From Candidatus Bathyarchaeia archaeon (GTDB lineage Archaea; Thermoproteota; Bathyarchaeia; 40CM-2-53-6), in contig JBEKVV010000001.1 of assembly GCA_049513715.1 (NCBI GenBank), positions 128,001 to 192,000 of the forward strand: a stretch of DNA of 64,000 nucleotides. The letters are read 5' to 3'. A program made the translations under genes and the position numbers. Within the stretch, counting starts at the first letter, position 1. Every line of letters starts with the position of its first letter. A model generated the notes under the pieces. It ran no database searches and was not told the DNA's origin. It saw only the letters and a program-made list of their open reading frames with translations. Shown piece by piece: positions 54,786 through 64,000 of the stretch.

Positions 54786-56413
54786 ACTCGCATATTTCGA
54801 AGCAGTAACTCCGCTTGGCGTTCTGCGAGCTTCCAGACGAGAGCGAAAACCAAGACTCCTACGACGTAAGTCAGGATCACGTATTGGTACTTTATCGTAC
54901 CAACTAATAGGATCGAAAGGAGGACAGGGGCAGCCGTGAAAATAACCAATACTGTTCCAATCAAGGATCCGAAAACAGATCCCCACACACTCACGTAGCG
55001 GCTCCGAATAGTTTCTCGAAAGTCAGCGAACCTAGCGCCGAAATATAGTCCAAGTGCTGATTCATCGAGAACGGTGATTGTCGCGAGCATGAACAAGACA
55101 ACCCCGTGGCCAGAAATAACCCTGATGAATTCCCCCATGACAGCTAGTAGGGCTAGGCTGAAGACTAGCCCAACGAGAATAGTCAATATCAGTTTTGGCT
55201 TCAATAATCGCCGTGGTTCTATCGGTGCGAGGTAGAGGTTCACTACGGCGGAGCCTTCTTGGCCGATGCTGGTCATCGAAATTAAGCCACAAACGGCCGC
55301 GATAGGTATCAGATAGAGCGGAACCGTAGCCAGCAATTGTGGGCGTTCCGGAAAATAGGTTCCGCTAAGAGGAATCAAAGAGACGCCCATTGATACGATG
55401 AAAAGAATTGGTAGAGCTAAGAATCTAGCCATCTCTTGCCGGCGCACAAGAGAACGTAAGTCCTTCCGTAAGATTGCGGCTTCAACGGAACCCAATCCCG
55501 GCAAACCGATTCCTATACGACTCAGTACGTTTGGTTTGGTGGCAAGCCTGACGGAGAATGGAACGGGAGTCCAATATCGCCCTCGGCAAATTGCGTCGAA
55601 ACTGAAAAGAACCAAGGCGAATGCCAACGAAAGTACACCGAAGATTAGAGCTGCCGAGGTTCTGCCTTCATGAACCTCAATGGCAGTCAAGGAAGGCCAA
55701 ACGACTGGTAGGAACCAGGCAGCCTCCACTGCCTGTGTTATGCTCTGAAATAGGTAAACGATAATCCTGCCGCTGAAAAGTGCCTCAAAGAACACCAGAA
55801 CTGCAATGGTTAAGGCTAGTCGAAGGAAGATTCCGGACTGTCCACTATTCCTGTAAAAACTGCGAGAAATTCGGTTCGCAAATGTTCGCAAAAGGTCAAC
55901 GACCGAAGCCCCAATTGCCAACGAGATCACTGACATAATCGCTGCCGCTAGCCAAGACCCGATTAATCCCAGTTCCACGGCAGGGCCGAAAGTCAACCCG
56001 AGAAAGAAAGCGGGAAGGAACGAGTAAGTGTACGACAAAGACATCGTGGAAGCTGCAGCATACTCTGATGGCGAGACGGGTAACCAGGAGACTAGGTCAG
56101 TGTTGGCTGCCTGAATTGGCTGACTTACCTCAGCGCCAATTCCGAACAGAATCACTGAAGAGGCAGTTGCCAGTGGGATACCAGTAAGAGCTTCAGCCTC
56201 CATGCCTGTCAAAGTCATATGAATGGTGTCAGTTGGAATTCTGGACAACATGAAATAGCTCACAAATGCGAGTAGACTGAACAGTGCAATATCCAAAACT
56301 AAGATTATCTGAGGGTTTCCTGTTACTCGGGCGGGAAGTTTATGGTGTTGATACCCGCGAATTTGAGATTTCGTTAGAACCACTGCAACCTTGTACGTGG
56401 ATGTAAGGTTCAA
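54782..56413 (-). CDS. Putative ABC exporter permease (multi-TM)
   Basis: Two TM bundles; LPVSP, AILRKDLRSLVR, GQEG...LYLAP; no adjacent ATPase. Confidence 0.8.
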   Translation of the reverse strand: MNLTSTYKVAVVLTKSQIRGYQHHKLPARVTGNPQIILVLDIALFSLLAFVSYFMLSRIPTDTIHMTLTGMEAEALTGIPLATASSVILFGIGAEVSQPIQAANTDLVSWLPVSPSEYAAASTMSLSYTYSFLPAFFLGLTFGPAVELGLIGSWLAAAIMSVISLAIGASVVDLLRTFANRISRSFYRNSGQSGIFLRLALTIAVLVFFEALFSGRIIVYLFQSITQAVEAAWFLPVVWPSLTAIEVHEGRTSAALIFGVLSLAFALVLFSFDAICRGRYWTPVPFSVRLATKPNVLSRIGIGLPGLGSVEAAILRKDLRSLVRRQEMARFLALPILFIVSMGVSLIPLSGTYFPERPQLLATVPLYLIPIAAVCGLISMTSIGQEGSAVVNLYLAPIEPRRLLKPKLILTILVGLVFSLALLAVMGEFIRVISGHGVVLFMLATITVLDESALGLYFGARFADFRETIRSRYVSVWGSVFGSLIGTVLVIFTAAPVLLSILLVGTIKYQYVILTYVVGVLVFALVWKLAERQAELLLRNMRV

Positions 56414-56642
56414 TGCTTATTCCCCATGCAGGATCCTCGCTTCCTACGGCTTTCTCCTTCAACCACCTATGCAATCGGCCCAGGGTCAATAGCTTGGGTT
56501 AATCTCAGATTCTGATAGAGCTAAGCTGTAACTGTTCCTCAACGTTTCGGGTGACAAACCCAAGTAAACAGCGACTAGGTCTTGAGTATTTGCCAGAGGG
56601 AAGGCGTAGTACGGATGCTTAATCGAATTTCTGGAGCCATTC

Positions 56643-56954
56643 GTGCCTTCACTTCGACACAAGTACGGTTACCCCATTTGCTGCGTCGTCAACTACTCAT
56701 TGGATTCCTTCCTTGGGATTCCTTCCGGCTTGAGTAGAGGAGAAACCCACGCTACCGTTCTCTTCGCTGCCGAGCTGCAAAGGACCGGCTCAGTTACCCT
56801 GAGGAATATTCAGATGGAAGAATACGTTGCACACGGCACAATCATAATGCAATCTGTGCCCGTTGGCAAGAGCCTTGTTCGTTCCATTCAGGTTCAGAAA
56901 ATGCGGGAGAGTGACTCTGACCGCATGTGCAGTGACATGAACAGTGCAATGTGA
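56643..56954 (+). pseudogene. KaiC/RAD55-like ATPase C-terminal remnant
   Basis: MEEYVAHGTIIM...RSIQVQKMR matches the KaiC-family C-terminal strands; no Walker A. Confidence 0.65.
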
Positions 56955-57011
56955 ACGCAAGACTTGAAAAGAGGCCGAGCCAAACATGTACTTCGGAAAT
57001 GTGAGGATCGT

Positions 57012-57623
57012 ATGCACCGGTTCAGCAGGAGAGGCATTGCCCCCGTTGTTGCCGCACTGCTGATCGTAGTTGTATCTGTGGCCGCGATAATTCTGCTCTA
57101 CATTTTCGCCTCCGGACTTCTAGCAAGCGGTTTCTCAGCCAACGCGAGCGGAGTGCAACTAACCATTCTTCCGACATACTTGTATTCGAAGGATGCCGAC
57201 GTTGGAGTGGCATATGACCGAGCCAACTTCACAGTCATTGTGTCGAACAACGCCCCCGAGGCTCAGGTAGTCCTTGTGAATGTCACCACCCCACGAGGCC
57301 AAGTGGCGCAGAGCACACCGTTACCGCTAAGGTCTGGTGAGTCTAGGACGCTGTTCGTCTCCCAGGTCCTCAACGCAACCTCGCCTGTGGGAGTATGGTC
57401 AGTGAAAGTGACTGTTGGTGGGGCAGAGATAGGCAAATATTCGTTTGATGTTAAGCTTAACCGAGACGAGGCTGATTTCGCAACGAGACAATCGTTGGAT
57501 CAGCGTTTCTTCAGATACCTGCTATTCGGGACTCTTGGAGTTGCGGTATTCGCCATAATGCTCTCAATGGCAACCTTACTGCGCCCAAGAGTGGTTTGGA
57601 GCTGGGAGAAGGCCAAGACGTAG
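57012..57623 (+). CDS. Type IV pilin/archaellin-like N-terminus, beta-rich domain and C-terminal TM
   Basis: SRRG/IAPVVAALLIVVVSVAAIILLY class III signal peptide. Confidence 0.8.
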   Translation: MHRFSRRGIAPVVAALLIVVVSVAAIILLYIFASGLLASGFSANASGVQLTILPTYLYSKDADVGVAYDRANFTVIVSNNAPEAQVVLVNVTTPRGQVAQSTPLPLRSGESRTLFVSQVLNATSPVGVWSVKVTVGGAEIGKYSFDVKLNRDEADFATRQSLDQRFFRYLLFGTLGVAVFAIMLSMATLLRPRVVWSWEKAKT

Positions 57624-57787
57624 CCGCGTATTCTCAGGGAAGAGCTGTCTGAATCACAACACAACTACAGCTTAATCGCCGTAGTGAATGCCATCATCAG
57701 TTGATTCTGTTATCGGGGTCGCTGCGTCTGCGTGACGCCTGCCTTAACTTTACTGCTTTACATCTTTACTTTGGCGACTGCCCTCCC

Positions 57788-57952
57788 ATGAAAGTGATAG
57801 GTGATTCACGGCTTTCGAGGAAATATCAGGCCACGGTGCCGAGTTACGTCAGGGACTTGCTGAGGCTTGGTGCTGGCGACCTAATCGTGTTCGTTGAGAG
57901 AGAGAAGGGTGAGGTCGTACTGAAGAAAGGGGAGCTCCGAATCAAGGACTAA
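57788..57952 (+). CDS. AbrB/MazE-type DNA-binding protein
   Basis: SRLSRKYQATVPSYVRDLLRLGAGDLIVF. Confidence 0.88.
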   Translation: MKVIGDSRLSRKYQATVPSYVRDLLRLGAGDLIVFVEREKGEVVLKKGELRIKD

Positions 57953-57983
57953 TGATCCGCCCCCTGAAAAGAAATGATTTGAA

Positions 57984-59396
57984 ATGATTGATGACACTCA
58001 GACCGAAAAGAAGCAACACCATCTCAGCGTAGAGAGCCTGATCGGTTCTGGTGTCAAGGCGGTTTCCATCAAAGGACTCCCCGGAGCTGGAAAAACCACT
58101 CTAGTACTCGAGCTGATCAAGAAAGCTGCTGGCGGATTGTATGTTTCAACGAGAGTCTCCGAACCGATGTTGATAAAGCAGCATACCCAATTTCAGTCTC
58201 TCATCGAAAATGGAGAATTGTACACGTTCCAACCAAAGCCTGAAAACCTAATCTATGGAGGTCAGCAAGTCACTTCAACTTTGGGAAAGGGCGCCTTCCG
58301 AATTGCTGAGAAGGTCATGGAAACCGCGCAAAGTCTAACCAAGCATCTCATAGTTCTGGATTCATGGGATGCGTTTGCAAGGGAGCTAGATGAGAAGGAG
58401 CGGTTGAGAGTTGAGAGGTCCCTAGTCGGAATGGTTGAAACCAACCAATCCAAGATTGTGTTCGTTAGCGAAGGCCCAGAGCTGAATCCCCTCGATTATC
58501 TGGTTGATGCGATCGTTGAGCTACGCGATGAAGAACATGAAGGAAGAAGAATCAGAACCATGGAGTGGAGGAAGCTTCGCGGAACCGAAATTCCCCAGAA
58601 GAAATACCTGTTCACTCTTGCAGACGGAAGGTTCACCATATGTCAAAGAGCAGCGATCGAACTTCCGAAAAGCATTGCACCTCAGATGTTCAAACCAGTT
58701 CCGCATTCGAATGAACATTACTCAACAGGGAGCGAGGAACTGGATCAACTGTTGGGGGGAGGATTGCGAAGAGGATTGATGCTCCTATTCGAAACTGGCA
58801 ACACAGTCGGCCCCAACATCTACGTTCCGTTGGCGGCAGCCATACGATGCAACTTCCTTGCTCAAGGAGGCTGCAGTGTGAGTCTACCGACTGGGGGGAT
58901 AACCCCGGAGATGCTTCGAGACAGTATCGCGCCACACTTGGGCAAGAAAATCCTGGACCGGGGATTGAGGATAGGACGGTTCGAGAAGGGCGCGGAAGAA
59001 CCATGCTTCTTCATTTTGGAAGGGGCGTCTCTGGAGCACGACTTCGAAACTTTCTGGCAAAAGGTTGACGAGGTAAAAGGCGAATCGCATCGGCCTTGCT
59101 ACATCTCAATACCGATGGATATCATGGAATACACCTACGGCCAACATAACATATTGAGGCTCATGATGAAAGCGTTACAGCATGTTCGAGACAATGGAGA
59201 TGTCATGTTCCTCGTCGTAAAATCGGGGAGCCAGCTGAAGAAGCAACTCTCTGACATCTGTGACACACATTTAATGATCGATGAGGTGGATGGGACCTCA
59301 GTACTATACCTAGTGAAACCGCCCACCCAACTAATGTACTTGAATTACGACTACTCTGAAGGATTCCCAAGAGTCGACCTCAAACTCATCGTGTAG
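57984..59396 (+). CDS. Double-domain KaiC/GvpD-like P-loop ATPase
   Basis: GLPGAGKTT, LDSWDA, LDYLVD, KLRG; second degenerate domain begins STGSEELDQLLGGGLRRG. Confidence 0.85.
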   Translation: MIDDTQTEKKQHHLSVESLIGSGVKAVSIKGLPGAGKTTLVLELIKKAAGGLYVSTRVSEPMLIKQHTQFQSLIENGELYTFQPKPENLIYGGQQVTSTLGKGAFRIAEKVMETAQSLTKHLIVLDSWDAFARELDEKERLRVERSLVGMVETNQSKIVFVSEGPELNPLDYLVDAIVELRDEEHEGRRIRTMEWRKLRGTEIPQKKYLFTLADGRFTICQRAAIELPKSIAPQMFKPVPHSNEHYSTGSEELDQLLGGGLRRGLMLLFETGNTVGPNIYVPLAAAIRCNFLAQGGCSVSLPTGGITPEMLRDSIAPHLGKKILDRGLRIGRFEKGAEEPCFFILEGASLEHDFETFWQKVDEVKGESHRPCYISIPMDIMEYTYGQHNILRLMMKALQHVRDNGDVMFLVVKSGSQLKKQLSDICDTHLMIDEVDGTSVLYLVKPPTQLMYLNYDYSEGFPRVDLKLIV

Positions 59397-59644
59397 CCGT
59401 CCGATTCTCTGCCTGAACTCCCCAAGTTTTCGGGGTTTCTCTACCATTTCACCCAGTACGTGTTCAAGTGAATTCGGCTTACATGAATCTTCAAGTAGCA
59501 GAACAAGTTTTCGCGTAATCGGCAATGATGGAAATACTACTGTACTGATCCGCACCTGTAGCAGAATTTGTCGCCACGTGCGAGGTTTGCACCACAGCGA
59601 AGACATTGAATTCCGTTTGCAACTTCAGTCTTGCTCAATTGGTT

Positions 59645-60652
59645 TCATCTTTTTGGAGTATTCCTCTTCATTCTCAAAAACTCAAGTAGAGCCGCAATTA
59701 GACTCAGAATTATGATCGGAACCAAAACTAGGTAACTCTGTTTATCGGTAATCACGAATCCAGCAGTCTCGGTCGTGGTCAAGGTCGATGTCGTTACGAT
59801 TACTAAGGAGCGGGAAGTGGAAGTCGTGCTGAATGAGTTTGAAATTGAGGAAGTGGATGTGGTCGTTGTAGTTGCTGCTGTCAGGGAGGGGATGGACGCA
59901 ATGAGTTCCACATCATCCCAGTACATGGATTGCCTGTCATTTCCTCCGTAGAGGAGAAATTCTAAGGCAATCTTGATCGGTATTGGTTGTGTGCCCTGGA
60001 AGACGTTGGCGAATGCTGCTGAGTCGAAATATGAACGAATATCGGCGCCAACGTCGGCCTCCAACAGACACCAAGGAGTGCAGTTCTTAGGAGGCAACGA
60101 GATGGATTTCATTTTCAGTGTACTAGAAAGAACTGTTTGCGGCGATATGACAGCGTAATAGTTCAACTTGAGATTCCCCGCCTCAATTCGAATTCTCGTC
60201 GCCACCAGGTACGTATTGGTTTGGAGCAAATACCACGCCTGAACCCTCAACCCACGCAGATTAGAGACCGTGGCTGATTGGCTTACGCCTTCGATGGTAG
60301 GCGTTGAAGCGCTTGCTCCAGCTCGCGGAGCGAGGCCAATGATTAGGGCTGCAGACCCCGAGTGCACAGTTGTGCTTGAGCGTGCAATGGAGCCTCCAGT
60401 TCCTCGTATTTCGCTCCAACCAGCTAGACCTGACTCGAAGCCACCGTTCTGCAGCAGTGGCAGGTCAGTCGATAATTGCTGTGACTGCATAGGTTGAACT
60501 GAATAGTTTTCTTGAGATGGGACGGTTATGCCTCGGCTCGCGTACCCGCAGACCACGACTGAAGTAGAAAGACATAGGACTAGTATGAGAATCACTGCAG
60601 GGCGCGCGCGGGAGAGCCCAGACATACTTGCCCCAGCATTTTGCCAAGACAA
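59645..60652 (-). CDS. Secreted CBM-like beta-sandwich protein with Ser/Thr linker and C-terminal TM
   Basis: LLQNGGFESGLAGW, VHSGS, YWDDVEL, Thr/Ser tract, TM plus basic tail. Confidence 0.75.
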   Translation of the reverse strand: MSWQNAGASMSGLSRARPAVILILVLCLSTSVVVCGYASRGITVPSQENYSVQPMQSQQLSTDLPLLQNGGFESGLAGWSEIRGTGGSIARSSTTVHSGSAALIIGLAPRAGASASTPTIEGVSQSATVSNLRGLRVQAWYLLQTNTYLVATRIRIEAGNLKLNYYAVISPQTVLSSTLKMKSISLPPKNCTPWCLLEADVGADIRSYFDSAAFANVFQGTQPIPIKIALEFLLYGGNDRQSMYWDDVELIASIPSLTAATTTTTSTSSISNSFSTTSTSRSLVIVTTSTLTTTETAGFVITDKQSYLVLVPIIILSLIAALLEFLRMKRNTPKR

Positions 60653-60800
60653 ACTTGCTGGAGGCTTTTAGATGTTCTTTCCCCTAATTTCAAGCGGTCC
60701 CTTCCTTCGACCAGGCTTTTGCGAGGATTTGATTGAGCAATAATCGCGGTCCAAAGTATAATATCTACATAGAGCTGATCCTCTACCCGTAGACTTTGAG

Positions 60801-61520
60801 ATGTGGCCGCAGACGTTGAGGTTAACCGAGCAGCTTCTTGCTGTTCACGATGGAATACGTGAAGTCTTGATCTTGGAGGAGAAAGGCGGCCTTTTCGTTG
60901 TAGCTGAGCAGGCGACTAGAGACAAAGGCGGATTTCTTTCGAGCAGGATCAATGAGACAAACGGCAGACTCAGTCCCGCGCTCATTCTTGGGGCGGCGGC
61001 GCAGATGACTAAGCTCCCAGATTCATTGAGGCTTGTAGGAATCTTGTACGATAACGTGGGCGTCATGCTCGCCTATTTTGACGAGGATAAATTACTGGCG
61101 ATAAGCACAGAACCCTCGATCTTCTTCAACGCGATGCAAACGGTGAACGATGCACTTCCCGGCTTCATTAAAGAACTTCAAATCGGAAGAAGCACCTTTG
61201 GCGCCGTAAGATCGGTTGTGGACGCTGGTGAGATTGCGCGAACTTACGTCGCGAGGACAACTCGGTCCTCACGGGTCTTCATCAATGAAGTCGTGTACCG
61301 CGGAGCAGATCATACGTGGCAAGTTCAAGGCTCATACCGATCTTCGCGAATGACTCCGTCGAAGGGGTTCCAACTCGAAGTGGACGGGGATGCCGGTGCC
61401 ATCGTGGGCTTCGGCTCGTCTTCACGATCCATAATGCTCCTTGCTCTTGAGCTTGCGGCTCTCTTTGGAGCTCTGGGGCTTCTTGCCTGGTGGCTCTTTT
61501 CGAATCTGCTGGCGCGTTAG
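60801..61520 (+). CDS. Hypothetical protein: roadblock-like N-domain, PepSY-like domain and C-terminal TM
   Basis: GIREVLILEEKG...VGILYDNV...LAIST; WQVQG...LEVDGDAGAIVG. Confidence 0.6.
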   Translation: MWPQTLRLTEQLLAVHDGIREVLILEEKGGLFVVAEQATRDKGGFLSSRINETNGRLSPALILGAAAQMTKLPDSLRLVGILYDNVGVMLAYFDEDKLLAISTEPSIFFNAMQTVNDALPGFIKELQIGRSTFGAVRSVVDAGEIARTYVARTTRSSRVFINEVVYRGADHTWQVQGSYRSSRMTPSKGFQLEVDGDAGAIVGFGSSSRSIMLLALELAALFGALGLLAWWLFSNLLAR

Positions 61521-61615
61521 CCTTCTTACCAGGTGAGCCTCGGCTCCTACGACTGATTACCTTGCACTTCTGTCCGGACCAGTTCTAACTAATATTCAGC
61601 CGACCGTTTTCGTCT

Positions 61616-61987
61616 TCAGATTCGTTCGAGAATTCTGGCCCGCATTAGCTCAACGTAATTCGGGTACGTAAAGTCGGACATCTCTTCGAGTTTCCATCCA
61701 AGCTTGGTGAAGGCCCTTCGCAGAACGGCTTTCGCAATTGTGTTGCCCGCTTTTCCGAACGTGACTTCTAGCGCGGCCAGGAACCTGTCTTGGTGCAATG
61801 GAATATCGTTTCGGGCGAGGGAGAGAGACCTCAACCAAGTTTCGTAGACTGCCCTCACTACTTTGGCTCCTAGAAGCTCAGTTAGGACTTCGTCTAAGCA
61901 TTCAAGAAACATAGCGTCAAACGCTTTCGATCTCATATGAGCGGGTGAATCTTCGGTAACAGCGGAAATAGCGAGAATCTTGTCCAA
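61616..61987 (-). CDS. DUF3227/NitrOD5-like protein
   Basis: ECLDEVLTELLG...DIP...F...LEVTFGKAGNTI...KLG...Y..YV. Confidence 0.75.
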   Translation of the reverse strand: MDKILAISAVTEDSPAHMRSKAFDAMFLECLDEVLTELLGAKVVRAVYETWLRSLSLARNDIPLHQDRFLAALEVTFGKAGNTIAKAVLRRAFTKLGWKLEEMSDFTYPNYVELMRARILERI

Positions 61988-62349
61988 AGGAGGTAGCCCC
62001 CGGATGAGAGCCGACTGCCGAGGGCTAGATATAAGGCCATTAAGGAATTACACAATCTCTCCTTAGAAATGTCTAAACTTTTCAAGTCTCGCAAGAGCGC
62101 GATTGCTGCATTTCTGTGGTTCTACATGTGTTCCACTTACGCAGCCCTAACGCAAGAAAAAGAGAAGGAAGGGAGGGCTGAGAAACGCGCCATAAATTGC
62201 CTGTCCTGAACAGCCACAATCGGTCTCCCCATGCCTTTTCCACAGAACTTGCAAATGCGTATCCCGGATCCCAAGTGTGAACTTCGGGACCTAGATCGAG
62301 TGGATGCTGGGTTAACTGCTCGTTGCCCTGCTGCTGGGCGCCGTTCCAT

Positions 62350-62841
62350 CTAACCGGAAATGTGGAAGCCCTGTTGTTCCCTCTCGCTTAGTTTGATTAA
62401 TGCTAGCTCAACGTATCTTGACAATGCAGTGTTTGGGGTCTCGATGAATTCAAGCGAAAGTTTTAGGTAGAGTTTTCTCGCGATGGCTGTCTCAATCGTT
62501 CCGTGGTCTTTACCGAACATTTTGTTCAGCGTTATGTAGAAAGTGGATAGGCGCTGCGGTAACTTGTCGAATGTGACATCACGTTCCAGCATCCGAAACG
62601 CCGATTCCGCCGAATCCTTACCAAGAGCATCTTCAATCGCCTCTCGCACAGATTCGACCAAGAGTCGGTCGAAGTCTTCCTTCAGAGGTATTCTCTCGCT
62701 TTTAGGCTGAAAACTTGGGGCCGCGGATTTCAGCTTGTTTCTGGCGTTCTGTACGTAGTCTGTGAGTTGGTAATCGTCGTTCCTTTGATATTCGAGGCCG
62801 CACCTACAGTCGTTATGCGAGTCTAGAGAAATCGTCATATG
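62350..62841 (-). CDS. DUF3227/NitrOD5-like protein; start uncertain
   Basis: FDRLLVESVREAIEDALG...LPQRLSTF...MFG...IETAIARKLY.KL. Confidence 0.65.
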   Translation of the reverse strand, partial: HMTISLDSHNDCRCGLEYQRNDDYQLTDYVQNARNKLKSAAPSFQPKSERIPLKEDFDRLLVESVREAIEDALGKDSAESAFRMLERDVTFDKLPQRLSTFYITLNKMFGKDHGTIETAIARKLYLKLSLEFIETPNTALSRYVELALIKLSEREQQGFHISG

Positions 62842-62844
62842 CAT

Positions 62845-62955
62845 TCTGTGGCCGGTGTACAACACTGTGATTTTCCTTTGAGCTCTGTCAATTTCATATA
62901 TTGCCCTGTAGTCCTCACCTCTCAAGCGCTGTCATCCTACGAATTTCCCTTTCAA
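62845..62955 (-). pseudogene. RelE/ParE toxin remnant
   Basis: LKGKFVG*QRLRGEDYRAIYEIDRAQRKITVLYTGHR, with an in-frame TGA at 62932-62934. Confidence 0.7.
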
Positions 62956-63011
62956 ATATCACAAAGGCGGCAGCGTACAACTGCTGTTTCTGCTGGATGG
63001 CTCAGAACTCG

Positions 63012-63371
63012 CTAGTAGACGGCAGCCAACTTGTATTTCTTGCAGGTGCAAATCTTGCAGGATCCGTTATTGTCGTGGAGGTGTTTCGGATGTTGGCATG
63101 CGCAATGTTCGACAGGGCCTCTGATTTGCTCCGTTTCATCCTCGAGTTCTTCTTCTATCTCCAAATCTGGTGATATGGGGTTGTTTGCTTCATATGTTAT
63201 GATGTACACTGCCGTAATGCCGGCCTCGAGGGCGACTTTTACATCGAGTATCTTAGCTCCCTTCGCCTGAAGTTCTTTCATGACATCGTTGATTCGTTTG
63301 GTGTCCTCTGATTCATCGAATCGCCTCACAGCCCTAAAAGTGAGCACCTGAACGAAGACCGGCATGACCAC
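63012..63371 (-). CDS. Hypothetical protein with acidic linker and C-terminal Cys/His cluster
   Basis: CACQHPKHLHDNNGSCKICTCKKY. Confidence 0.7.
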   Translation of the reverse strand: MVMPVFVQVLTFRAVRRFDESEDTKRINDVMKELQAKGAKILDVKVALEAGITAVYIITYEANNPISPDLEIEEELEDETEQIRGPVEHCACQHPKHLHDNNGSCKICTCKKYKLAAVY

Positions 63372-63583
63372 TAATCTCCTGTCTTCGTCAACTCCGTTCC
63401 GATGGTAGCGTAAAGCAAATCGTTAGAGTCATTCTTTCCTTTCCTTTTCAAGGTTGACCTTCACCTTTTCGTAGTTTGATGTTCGCCTCTTCAGCATATT
63501 CAAGAAGCGTTCGGCCGGGGTCATCAAGATGCGTTAAGTCAAGTTTGGTATAGAACTTTTTCGCAATTGCTCTACCGTTAGCC

Positions 63584-63859
63584 TTGGAGCTAGGAGGACC
63601 AAACGTGCTCTCCAATGTTGAGAATGCCGTTCGTCATGAGTGTTGGTGGGGTTGGCTTGTCTTTCTGTTATCGCATAGCGTGGCTCGTGTTGCGGCCGTA
63701 GCTCTGGACGCTGCCTATCCTGTCCTGGACGGTTTCTTGATTATGTTGTCGGTTATGATACTCGTGTTCTTTCGAAGCAGATTCTACTTGTGGGGATATG
63801 TCAGCTTCGGCCTCGGTTTCAGTATGCTAACCAAACCTGAGGCATTCTGGCGGGATTAG
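63584..63859 (+). other. Possible membrane-protein fragment
   Basis: LDAAYPVLD plus hydrophobic segments resemble a sensor TM fragment; no convincing full gene. Confidence 0.3.
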
Positions 63860-64000
63860 GACAAAACCAGGCACATTGCAAAAATCTTAGTACATACCCA
63901 TAGAAGACCATGAGGAAGCAGTTCGTCACTTCCTTGAAGGATGAATTAAACCCGATCCAAGTGGAAAACTGCCTCGAGAATATCATATCAAGCCTAGGTC

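Noticed and set aside
57984..59396. Gas vesicle or circadian clock locus
   Set aside because: No gvpA or kaiA/kaiB in the window; GvpD/KaiC-like ATPases are widespread in archaea.
51168..64000. Provirus or integrative element
   Set aside because: No integrase, transposase, capsid or replication gene and no att-like tRNA duplication seen; the right boundary may lie outside the window.

Overview
Archaeal chromosomal window from the TACK group, most likely a Bathyarchaeia-like organism (inferred from gene content, frequent TTG starts and intron-rich tRNAs). Positions 1-51 kb hold mostly housekeeping and metabolic genes: citrate synthase, guaB, fused ETF, thiT with a TPP riboswitch, nfo, pyrI/pyrB, tiaS, nnr and tsr3. 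Positions 51-64 kb form an accessory signalling region with a PAS histidine kinase, a REC-iKaiC regulator, KaiC/GvpD-like ATPase(s), three DUF3227/NitrOD5-like paralogs, RHH/AbrB regulators and decayed genes. Main observations: (1) Five tRNA genes outside the ORF track carry 15 bulge-helix-bulge (BHB) introns. tRNA-Pro(CGG) and initiator tRNA-Met have four each, more than the three-per-gene maximum I know of for archaea. (2) An HTH + ATP-cone + class III ribonucleotide reductase homolog lacks both active-site Cys and the glycyl-radical motif, so it is a candidate nucleotide-sensing regulator. (3) A half-size deoxyhypusine-hydroxylase-like HEAT protein (frameshifted) is divergent from it. (4) Three dispersed Tyr/Pro-rich microproteins share flanking signatures. 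(5) The TPP riboswitch has a readable anti-SD/anti-anti-SD expression platform. All calls come from reading the sequence by eye; no database searches were run.
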